Notes under the pieces: model-generated | Database searches by the model: none | The model's input: the letters and a program-made list of their open reading frames with translations, nothing else | What the model was told of the DNA's origin: nothing | Source: Promethearchaeota archaeon | GTDB taxonomy: Archaea; Asgardarchaeota; Thorarchaeia; Thorarchaeales; Thorarchaeaceae | Length of the DNA stretch: 10,767 bases | Reading direction: 5' to 3' | Assembly (NCBI GenBank): GCA_048939765.1 | Contig: JBHLPF010000069.1 | Location: 1 to 10,767, forward strand | In this document: in pieces, positions 1 to 7,100 of the stretch | How the letters are laid out: the number at the start of each line of letters is the position of its first letter | Position numbering within the stretch: position 1 is the stretch's first letter | Translations under genes and position numbers: made by a program

Positions 1-92
1 TACGCCTGGTTGACAAGAAAGTCATACTCCTGAGTCCAATCTATATCTTGCTTGGCATCATTATTCTATACTGCTTGGTTCTATTTCTCTAG
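1..92 (+). CDS. 3' end of a membrane protein gene (partial, starts upstream of window)
   Basis: The frame from base 3 reads RLVDKKVILLSPIYILLGIIILYCLVLFL then TAG at 90-92. This is a C-terminal hydrophobic helix, convergent with asnA. Not in the ORF track. Confidence 0.6.
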   Translation, partial: RLVDKKVILLSPIYILLGIIILYCLVLFL

Positions 93-135
93 GTTCTGAA
101 TCTGCGGGATAGTTCTAGCTCAGAGAGTTTGGGAG

Positions 136-1041
136 CTAAATGACTACATCCTCTCCCGGAACTCTTCGGAACGCTTGGATCTCTCCTATGTGTGATGCAC
201 CAACAAGGAATCGAGTTAACCTCTCAACACCCAGACCTGCGCCTGCGCTTGGGACGAAACCTTCCTTGGCATATTCTAGATATGGCTTGTACTCTTCAAG
301 ACTAAGACCATCACGCTCAATCCTCATCCGTATTCTTTCAAATTCCCATTCTCTCTCCCCCCCACTCAGAGCTTCACCATAGCCCTCTGGGTATACTAGG
401 TCATAGTTTCGATATGTTCCGGGTTTGTCTGGATCTTCTGCATCATAGAACTCCCTTTTGTGATTCAGTACCCAGAATGGATCTGTCGATGTTTCGCTCG
501 CTAGCTTTTCCCAGTCCGCTCCAAACCTCTCTTTGAGCTGGTCTGTTGAATGAATCTCATATTTCTTCGGAATCTTTAGTTCTCTCCCCCATATGGCCAT
601 CTCTTCACTGCAGTCTTTTCTCACTCTAGTTATGGTCGCAGTGACTGTGTCCTGTATCAAATCGAAAACGTCTTTCATGCCTGCATGAGCCAGTTCAAAA
701 TCGACTTGAGAGAACTCGAAGAGATGAATTCCACTATGTTGACTCTTCGGACTCTCGAGTCGTACATTTGGGGACACTGTGAAGAATCTCTCAAGACCGG
801 ATGCTGCCATAATCTGTTTATGCAGAATCATGCTTTGAGTAAGTACGAGATTCTGACCCCGATACTCGATTATAGGCTTACCAATTATGCTGCTTCCAGG
901 ATCGGGTCCAAGAGGGTCTGATGTCGTGCTTAGGATAACTGGCATGATCTCAACTAGTCCCTTTTTGCGAAAGGTTTCCCTAATCTCTGCAAGCGCAACG
1001 CTCTGTACCCTTAGCGACGCGATTAGTTTTTCATCTTTCAT
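136..1041 (-). CDS. asnA: Archaeal-type ammonia-dependent asparagine synthetase A (AsnRS/AspRS catalytic-domain paralogue without anticodon-binding domain)
   Basis: 301 aa with class II aaRS motifs (IMPVILS; SPNVRLE...HLFEFSQVDFE; GAGLGVERL) plus LTQSMILHKQ and EALSGGEREWE, as in Pyrococcus-type AS-AR. No N-terminal OB-fold, and an in-frame stop lies just upstream of the ATG. Confidence 0.9.
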   Translation of the reverse strand: MKDEKLIASLRVQSVALAEIRETFRKKGLVEIMPVILSTTSDPLGPDPGSSIIGKPIIEYRGQNLVLTQSMILHKQIMAASGLERFFTVSPNVRLESPKSQHSGIHLFEFSQVDFELAHAGMKDVFDLIQDTVTATITRVRKDCSEEMAIWGRELKIPKKYEIHSTDQLKERFGADWEKLASETSTDPFWVLNHKREFYDAEDPDKPGTYRNYDLVYPEGYGEALSGGEREWEFERIRMRIERDGLSLEEYKPYLEYAKEGFVPSAGAGLGVERLTRFLVGASHIGEIQAFRRVPGEDVVI

Positions 1042-1072
1042 AAGTTATCGATGTTCGGATTGAATTATAGAG

Positions 1073-1088
1073 ATTCTTCTGGAAGAAT
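1073..1088. promoter_or_regulatory. Palindrome ATTCTTC-N2-GAAGAAT next to the putative asnA TATA box
   Basis: Perfect 7-2-7 inverted repeat. On the minus strand it lies just upstream of a TATA-like CTATAATT about 21-28 nt before the asnA ATG. Confidence 0.35.
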
Positions 1089-1225
1089 GAAAACATCTCC
1101 AGCTTTTTATTGATATGCATCGCGAAAACCGAAAATCTTTCAAATCCCTCACCTATGCTATACTAATTCTTTTCGCAACACATATGGTTTGGAATCGGCT
1201 TTAGTCAGCATACAAGTTCTAGGGA

Positions 1226-1579
1226 TTGTTGATTATGAGTCGTGACATCATTCGGACTTGGTCAGAACTTCCTTGGGAGCCAACAAGACCGGACGTTGCT
1301 TTCAGAGTTCTTGGAAGCAGACTTGTTCCCAAGGGGGCTGATATACAGGCTGTGACACTCACAAGGGTTGAATCCAAAGGCGAATTCACCATTCATGCTG
1401 ACAATTATCATCATGTATTCCTATTCCTAGAGGGTCATGGTGAAGGCTGGATAGATGATGAGTCCTATGAAATTAAACCAAGATTGATTGTGAGAGTCGC
1501 AGCTGGCCAGTCACATGGCTATAGAAACACCAATAGCTCCGACCTAATCATCCTCACAATCAACTATTCTGGTACCTAA
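1226..1579 (+). CDS. Cupin-domain protein (Cupin_2-like); ATG at 1235 is a likely start
   Basis: Cupin motif 1 (IHADNYHHVFLFLEGHG) and motif 2 (IVRVAAGQSHGYRN); about 115 aa. Confidence 0.85.
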   Translation: MLIMSRDIIRTWSELPWEPTRPDVAFRVLGSRLVPKGADIQAVTLTRVESKGEFTIHADNYHHVFLFLEGHGEGWIDDESYEIKPRLIVRVAAGQSHGYRNTNSSDLIILTINYSGT

Positions 1580-1780
1580 CTCATTACGATTATTGACTGG
1601 CTTGGAAGTCAACTTGTTTACAGCGCCGCCTCCGGAAACGCCAGGGATTCCTATACCACCACTAATCACGTAACCTCCACGGCCACCACGTCTCCAAGAT
1701 CTTCCACAAATACATGCTATCAGAATCACCACAAGCAGGGTGATGAGAGAATTCACACTAGAATCTGAAGTGAACTGCAT
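1544..1780 (-). CDS. Small single-pass membrane protein with Arg/Gly-rich tail (hypothetical)
   Basis: ATG preceded by purine-rich GAGGAGAGGGGGG. Hydrophobic helix LITLLVVILIACIC is followed by basic RSWRRGGRGG (positive-inside). It fills an otherwise empty gap and overlaps the cupin 3' end by 36 nt. Confidence 0.55.
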   Translation of the reverse strand: MQFTSDSSVNSLITLLVVILIACICGRSWRRGGRGGYVISGGIGIPGVSGGGAVNKLTSKPVNNRNELGTRIVDCEDD

Positions 1781-1874
1781 CTACATTCCCCCCTCTCCTC
1801 TGGCCTAAGACTAAGGAGTCAGGCGAATCAAAAGAACACACGCGCTATTTATCAGTTCCAGCATTCTGGAGAAT

Positions 1875-2960
1875 GTGATGGATTCTACCAAGATTCAGAC
1901 TTTTCAACCAGGTGACGAAGAAGAGATAGTGGACGTCTTTGAGGCAGCCTTTGGTGAGTCAGATTACTACTTTCCTCGAAGTGTTCAGTCCTGGGTCTGG
2001 AGATACAAGCACCGACCTGGGTTTGACCCTAATTCAGTCCTGATGATTCGAAAGGAAGGCAGAATAGTAGCTGGATTATCCATGACATATGGAACCATGA
2101 CTGTCAATGGCGAGCCGAAGAAGATTGCTCTGATCGACGACGTATCCACCCATCCTAAATGGCGGAAACAAGGCCTTGCCACTGCGCTGATGACACATGC
2201 GGTTTCTCGTGCTGAAGAGGTGGGATGTTGGGGGGTTCATCTTAGTGCTGACCCCAAAGGCGATGCCATCCGAATCTACAAGAACATCGGTTTTGAAACC
2301 ATCACTCATTGCACCAACATGTTGAGTGTCCTCAAACATAGACGAGCAGCGAGATTCGGAAAACGTCGACAAGCTGCACCCCTACTGGCACTGAGCCTGC
2401 TGGATTCCTTCAGAAACCTGAGGATTGACAAGAGTCTCTGTAAAATCGAAATCGTTAGTGTAAATGCTGCCTGCGAGGCTGCAGCGCGCGTCCAAGACTC
2501 GTTCAAGCTTCGCAATGGAACCCTCTTGCTAAATAAGAAATATATGAACTGGATGGCAGACCAACGACCTGATGGAGCACTCAAGTTAGCAACCATCTCC
2601 AAGGACGATAACTTTTCCGGAATGTTCACAGTATCCTCATCAGACTTCTCAGGACCTGGAGGGATTGACAGAATCGCAATAATCGGAAATCTGATTGCTG
2701 ATTTACAGGCTGAGGAAGAAATCGCAGCCGCTCTGTATGGAGCCAAAAACATAGCTAAGAATGCCTTGGATTGTCCAATGGTTAGCATATTCGTTGACCA
2801 GCGGGATACAACCCTGAAACAGGCATGCAAGAAAGCAGGGTTCATGGAAATAGGTGAGTCCGCCTCCATGTTTCACTCTCTTAACCAGTCAGAGAAGTTG
2901 GATGAGATTAGGGAAGGTATTTGGAACCAACCAGTTGAAACCACGTCTTCAAATCCGTGA
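1875..2960 (+). CDS. GNAT family N-acetyltransferase, probably tandem GNAT fold
   Basis: Acetyl-CoA motif A (VSTHPKWRKQGLATALM) and motif B (AIRIYKNIGF). The C-terminal half ends in a second motif-B-like segment (LKQACKKAGF). TATA-like TATTTAT about 25 nt upstream. Confidence 0.85.
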   Translation: MMDSTKIQTFQPGDEEEIVDVFEAAFGESDYYFPRSVQSWVWRYKHRPGFDPNSVLMIRKEGRIVAGLSMTYGTMTVNGEPKKIALIDDVSTHPKWRKQGLATALMTHAVSRAEEVGCWGVHLSADPKGDAIRIYKNIGFETITHCTNMLSVLKHRRAARFGKRRQAAPLLALSLLDSFRNLRIDKSLCKIEIVSVNAACEAAARVQDSFKLRNGTLLLNKKYMNWMADQRPDGALKLATISKDDNFSGMFTVSSSDFSGPGGIDRIAIIGNLIADLQAEEEIAAALYGAKNIAKNALDCPMVSIFVDQRDTTLKQACKKAGFMEIGESASMFHSLNQSEKLDEIREGIWNQPVETTSSNP

Positions 2961-2992
2961 GTACCAGACTATACGCATCATCTAGTTTTTCT

Positions 2993-3004
2993 GTCAATAT
3001 TGAC
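2993..3004. promoter_or_regulatory. Perfect 12-bp palindrome GTCAATATTGAC upstream of the DinB gene
   Basis: Ends 24 nt before the ATG at 3029, where an archaeal TATA box is expected. Confidence 0.35.
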
Positions 3005-3028
3005 TGGCAATACTGGAAGTGATTCTCT

Positions 3029-3484
3029 ATGCTTCGAGATTTCTTGATTTCTGCACTGAAGCGTCATCTTGAAGAAACTAGGCCACTCTTCGATCTAATA
3101 TCTGATCAAGAACTTACAAAGAACCCGATTAGAGATGGTAGGCCTCTGGGTGAAATCCTCCTTCACATGCTCAGATCTATTGATTACTATCTGAAAGGTC
3201 TGACAAAGAATGAATGGGCTCCTTTGCCATATACACTTGAAGTATATAGCACCGTTGAGGCAGTGAAGAAACTAGCCTGCGACGTTTTCGAAAGGGCATG
3301 TGATTATATTGACGAATTAGGCGATAGAGAACTCGAGAAGCCTACAACCTCGTTCAACCGTCCAGCGACAGGAGCAGATATTCTCTTGGAGCTAATCGAG
3401 CATTCTATTCATCACCGAGGTCAGGTAACGACCTATTTTCGACTGCTTGGAATCAAAGGATTTCAGATTCCGTACATAATCTAG
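3029..3484 (+). CDS. DinB/YfiT-like family protein (putative metal-dependent thiol transferase or hydrolase; not DNA polymerase IV)
   Basis: 151 aa, helical. His triad pattern LGEILLHM...LIEHSIHHRGQVTTYFRLLG. Confidence 0.88.
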   Translation: MLRDFLISALKRHLEETRPLFDLISDQELTKNPIRDGRPLGEILLHMLRSIDYYLKGLTKNEWAPLPYTLEVYSTVEAVKKLACDVFERACDYIDELGDRELEKPTTSFNRPATGADILLELIEHSIHHRGQVTTYFRLLGIKGFQIPYII

Positions 3485-3496
3485 GAAGACACTCGG

Positions 3497-4324
3497 TCAA
3501 TCTTTGGCGAGAGATGCGGGGAGGCTTTCTCCAACCTCTGGCTGGGATTTAAATGACATTGGCTGTTCCGGATTATATCTGGGTTCGTTCGTAATCAGTC
3601 TAGCAACGACATCTTCTCCTTCTTTGAACCGCCCTCTTATTGACATCTCCAGAACTGGGCTATAGAAGATGAGAGGCGCAAAGACTGCAATCATTATGTA
3701 TCTGAATGGCCAAAGATAATAGTCGAAGGTTGGATCAAAGATCAGTTGGTACAGCTTGAAACCTATCTCAGTAATGCCCCATCCAAAGGCAAGTAGGAGA
3801 CTCCCCTGTCGCAGATACTTCAATCGCATGAAGAGTCCAAATGTATCATCCTTCCATTCATCATACTGAATATTCCCCAATGTATAGTCCGAGACTCCGC
3901 CCCTTCGGAATGCAAATACTGAGAGTTTTCCAATTAATTCTGTATTCTCCTTTCCAACGATGACAATTGTACGATATCGTCTCTTGATGAATCCCCCGAT
4001 AGTCACTATTGAAAATACGATCATCACAACAGACCATACCACCGCAAAAACCGTCATCACTATGGCAATTATAATGAGACACAATGCCTCGCCCTCTCCA
4101 CCGCCTCCACCAGCACAAGTACCCGGGCCCTCCAGTTGAGAAAAGACTTCCGACCTCACCGTGACAGTACCAGTTTCCTTGCTGGAAACTGATTTTCTTC
4201 CCGGGTGGACTCCCATGATGGACTCAATCCCATTCTTCACAGTGCTACCAGAAGCACCATAGATACGCATTACTGCATGTTTGGAAGCCATTTGTTTCTC
4301 ATCAGATTCCAAATGCTTAGTCAC
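3497..4324 (-). CDS. Uncharacterised multi-pass membrane protein; true start probably TTG at 4312
   Basis: 275-aa ORF with three hydrophobic segments (the first long) and a CAGGGGGEGEALC linker. The SD motif AGGAGGTGA (4329-4321) contains the called GTG and sits 8 nt before an in-frame TTG. Confidence 0.75.
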   Translation of the reverse strand: MTKHLESDEKQMASKHAVMRIYGASGSTVKNGIESIMGVHPGRKSVSSKETGTVTVRSEVFSQLEGPGTCAGGGGGEGEALCLIIIAIVMTVFAVVWSVVMIVFSIVTIGGFIKRRYRTIVIVGKENTELIGKLSVFAFRRGGVSDYTLGNIQYDEWKDDTFGLFMRLKYLRQGSLLLAFGWGITEIGFKLYQLIFDPTFDYYLWPFRYIMIAVFAPLIFYSPVLEMSIRGRFKEGEDVVARLITNEPRYNPEQPMSFKSQPEVGESLPASLAKD

Positions 4325-4329
4325 CTCCT
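4321..4329 (-). promoter_or_regulatory. Shine-Dalgarno AGGAGGTGA
   Basis: The plus strand reads TCACCTCCT, identical to the conserved 16S rRNA anti-SD, so the minus-strand mRNA is complementary to it. Confidence 0.7.
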
Positions 4330-4412
4330 AAACGCATATGCTCTCTTGCTCTCCGTCCTTATTTGTACTATCCCCAGTCAGCCAATTGATGGCAATTGCT
4401 TCCAGCTATTTC

Positions 4413-5198
4413 TTAGTCATATTCAGCGATTTTCTTTCTCCATGCCTTCTCAATCTTCTTCTCTCTGTTGTAGTGTCCCATTTCACCCCTTGATGGACTT
4501 GGATTGCCGCTATATACCACATAGCCCTCGAAGAGCAATAGAATGATTGCTGGAATGAATCCAGTGAAGTCGCCACCCACACCAAGCCCTATTATGCCAA
4601 CCCATGTTGATGTAATCACAGTCCAAAATCCTGCAAAGAAGAAGAACCACTTTCTCTTGGGTGGTGGAGCTCTTAGGAATGTCACGTAGTCAATCCTTAT
4701 TGTGGGCTCATAATACTGGTCTCTGCACATTCCCAGAAGACGTATTCCCAATATCATTCCCGCAATCATGCGTCCTGCGGGATAGAGGAAGGCAACAATG
4801 CCCATGATGCAGAGAAATCGTAAGACAAACTGCCAGACATCAGCTAGGGTCCAGGTTAGGATGTTGTTCCAAATTAGTGGCGTCTGCAGTAGCCACAGAT
4901 ACGCGAAGAAAAGCGCCAGCCCAATGATAATCATAATATAAAGAATTGGTACAAATCCGTATGTCTTGCCCCTACTTGCCTCGAACAGAAGGTCCCGCAC
5001 TTCGGTTGCAACGGCAATCTCTTCCTCGTCAGGAGTGGGTTCTCTCTTAATCTGGCGTACCAGCTTCCAGAAGTACTTCCTTGTGTCTTCGGATACATTT
5101 TTGGGATCGCCTCTAACTTCTTCACGGATACGTTCTAGTTCCTTCATTCTCTCAACCAATTGAATACGCCTCAATCTAGGAAGTGTGGTTTGACTCAA
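4413..5198 (-). CDS. Membrane protein with about four TM segments and an N-terminal charged helical domain; resembles a degenerate M50/site-2 protease fold
   Basis: FLYPAGRMIAGMILGIR, APPPKRKWFFFFAGFWT and NPSPSRGEMG occur in the order of the S2P HExxH, KR...AGP and NxxPxxxxDG motifs. GGAG precedes the TTG start. Confidence 0.75.
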   Translation of the reverse strand: MSQTTLPRLRRIQLVERMKELERIREEVRGDPKNVSEDTRKYFWKLVRQIKREPTPDEEEIAVATEVRDLLFEASRGKTYGFVPILYIMIIIGLALFFAYLWLLQTPLIWNNILTWTLADVWQFVLRFLCIMGIVAFLYPAGRMIAGMILGIRLLGMCRDQYYEPTIRIDYVTFLRAPPPKRKWFFFFAGFWTVITSTWVGIIGLGVGGDFTGFIPAIILLLFEGYVVYSGNPSPSRGEMGHYNREKKIEKAWRKKIAEYD

Positions 5199-5373
5199 GA
5201 ACTCTCCGCATCCACTTGCTTACACAAGCAGTCTAAGAGCAGAGGCAACCCTCTCATGCATGACGCCTCGTCAATTGGAAAGACCTTGAAAGAATAGGGC
5301 CAGACTTTCTATTGGCGCAGATCTCTGCAGTGGTCTGGCACTTTAAATCAAGAATTAATTCCGAGGATGGCTT

Positions 5374-5547
5374 ATGACCCAATGGAAACGAATCTTCTTT
5401 ACAGCTCTTCTGGTAATTGGTGTTATACTCCTCTCGATGGAAATCATTGAAGCGATAACAGGAGTTCCTTACTTTGGTGGCTGGGGCATTTTGGGATGGC
5501 CCTTCTTCTTGGCGTGGGTTGCTGAAAGGGAGCGGACGCGCAATTAG
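5374..5547 (+). CDS. Unannotated 57-aa two-helix membrane protein
   Basis: Translates as MTQWKRIFFTALLVIGVILLSMEIIEAITGVPYFGGWGILGWPFFLAWVAERERTRN*. TATA-like TTTAAAT at 5342-5348, GAGGA at 5363-5367, and the stop lies 9 nt from the convergent SnoaL stop. Confidence 0.7.
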   Translation: MTQWKRIFFTALLVIGVILLSMEIIEAITGVPYFGGWGILGWPFFLAWVAERERTRN

Positions 5548-5556
5548 CTGACTCTA

Positions 5557-6003
5557 TCAGCCGGTCTCTAAGTGCTTGCTCAATTCCCAGAATGGCGGGA
5601 CTAGTCCCAAGGCCATGAAGATGTCGTAGAAACAGAATGCCCCCCATCGATCCACGACTTTCCCTTCTGGGTTGATGTACAGAATAGTTGCACCCTCATA
5701 GTCGAACTCCTTCCCAGTGGGCTCAAACCCCCAAGCATTCCCCTTGTGAGTTGCTCTTCCCTTGTACCGTATCCAGACCATGTCCTCTGTGCCAAGAATA
5801 TCCACCAACTCATATTTCAGGTCAGGAAACGCGGACCTGAAGTACCTGATCTCGTGTTTAATCTGGGCCGGACCTACGGCATCAATTGAGACCCAGCTTG
5901 GATTATAGTCTTTGTCCACAAGCTCATCAGCTAGGGCAAGGTCTGGCTTGCTCCACATCTCCAGGAACCATCGTCTTCCGATGTCCTCATTCCTCTGTTT
6001 CAA
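5557..6003 (-). CDS. SnoaL-like ester/polyketide cyclase family protein (NTF2-like fold)
   Basis: Motifs FRSAFPDLKYEL, ATHKGNAWGFEPTGKEF and GKVVDRW. GGTGA SD lies 4 nt before the TTG start. Confidence 0.88.
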   Translation of the reverse strand: MKQRNEDIGRRWFLEMWSKPDLALADELVDKDYNPSWVSIDAVGPAQIKHEIRYFRSAFPDLKYELVDILGTEDMVWIRYKGRATHKGNAWGFEPTGKEFDYEGATILYINPEGKVVDRWGAFCFYDIFMALGLVPPFWELSKHLETG

Positions 6004-6177
6004 TTAATCACCAGCTCGGAGAATCAATACTGGCCCTCATGATATTTCAACTAATCCTCTAAGGCATGAACCAGAGCCTCGCTTGGGGAAATATGTCTAG
6101 TCCTTTCCCGCTCTTGTTTTACCAGTGAGATAAAAACACATAAAAGGAGTTAACTATTGTTTATTCTAGTGGTAATA

Positions 6178-6483
6178 ATGGCTATCTATATGCTGTATCG
6201 CACAAAATCGAAAGACGAGAAACGTGGAGAACTCGATGAGCTAAGAGAAGAGTTTGAGGGAATCTACAAGAAATACAATGTGGACATCCTTGGCTTCTGG
6301 GAGAATGCTGACGATCCAAATGAGGTCTACTATATTTCGAAGTACGAGGATGAGTCTGACTACAAGAGTAAGACTGATCAACTGCGTAGTGATGAACGCT
6401 ATGCAGAGCTAACAAAGAAACTTGAAGAGGTTCGCTTGGAGTCTAAAGCCTTCAAACTGAACCCTCTATGGACTCCAGAATAG
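6178..6483 (+). CDS. NIPSNAP-like dimeric alpha/beta barrel protein (track start 6157; ATG 6178 more likely)
   Basis: About 101 aa with IYMLYRTK, YKKYNVDILGFW, EVYYISKYED and a C-terminal LNP strand, typical of NIPSNAP domains. Confidence 0.75.
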   Translation: MAIYMLYRTKSKDEKRGELDELREEFEGIYKKYNVDILGFWENADDPNEVYYISKYEDESDYKSKTDQLRSDERYAELTKKLEEVRLESKAFKLNPLWTPE

Positions 6484-6492
6484 ACTGGAGTC
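6471..6492 (+). other. 8-bp stem-loop enclosing the NIPSNAP stop codon (possible terminator or stability element)
   Basis: GACTCCAG-AATAGA-CTGGAGTC, with TAG 6481-6483 in the loop. No U-tract follows. Confidence 0.3.
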
Positions 6493-6614
6493 TGATTCGG
6501 TTCAAGGTAGAATAAACAAGCCCGCCTGCTTGGCCTAGATAGATGTAGAATCGTTCAACAACCCATTCTTGTTTCCGCCACACCTTTATCCTACCAACCC
6601 ACAATTCGAGAGGT

Positions 6615-7094
6615 GTGATGCCAATGGAAAGGGAGATGCCATCTGACGAAGAAACGCAACGATTCATGGCTGAAGCTATCACCGAGGCTGAGAAAGGGCT
6701 GGCGGCGGGGGGAATCCCAATCGGCTCTGTCTTGGTTATGGATGGCGAGATTGCCGGCCGAGGGCACAATCAACGAATGCAGAAAGGCAGTGCCATCTTG
6801 CATGCTGAGATGGATGCCCTGGAGAATGCGGGGCGTCTCTCTGCATCTGATTATAGGAGATCGACACTATACTCAACACTCTCACCGTGTGACATGTGCA
6901 GTGGAGCAGCGTTGCTCTACGGAATCCCCGTGATCATTGTGGGTGAGAATAAGACCTTCCGGGGACCTGAAGACTACCTAAGAAGTCGTGGAGTTCATGT
7001 CGTTGTGCTGCAGGATGAGCGATGTATTGAGATGATGGAGCAGTTTGCCCGCGACAATCCTGACATCTGGAATGAGGACATAGGAGAGGAGTGA
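6615..7094 (+). CDS. Cytosine deaminase, fungal FCY1 type (CDA zinc fold)
   Basis: Zn motif HAE...PCDMC, plus FCY1-like segments GHNQRMQKGSAILH, TLSPCDMCSGA, VGENKTF and the C-terminal WNEDIGE lid. Start may be 6618, 6624 or 6636. Confidence 0.9.
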   Translation: MMPMEREMPSDEETQRFMAEAITEAEKGLAAGGIPIGSVLVMDGEIAGRGHNQRMQKGSAILHAEMDALENAGRLSASDYRRSTLYSTLSPCDMCSGAALLYGIPVIIVGENKTFRGPEDYLRSRGVHVVVLQDERCIEMMEQFARDNPDIWNEDIGEE

Positions 7095-7100
7095 ACTCCC

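Noticed and set aside
136-1041. Truncated or pseudogenised Asp/Asn-tRNA synthetase
   Set aside because: Length and motifs fit the complete AS-AR asparagine synthetase, and no anticodon-domain remnant lies upstream.
1184-1225. Upstream ATG in frame with the cupin through two TAG codons (pyrrolysine readthrough or uORF MVWNRL)
   Set aside because: It would need two readthroughs, the cupin is complete without it, and no Pyl machinery is visible in the window.
2958-3031. TGA (selenocysteine) readthrough fusing GNAT to DinB
   Set aside because: The genes are in different frames (68-nt gap) and no SECIS-like element is apparent.
6481-6495. TAG readthrough of the NIPSNAP gene aided by the hairpin
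   Set aside because: An in-frame TGA follows three codons later.
6615-7094. tRNA adenosine deaminase TadA or an antiviral deaminase
   Set aside because: FCY1-specific segments and the hydA neighbourhood favour free-base cytosine deamination.
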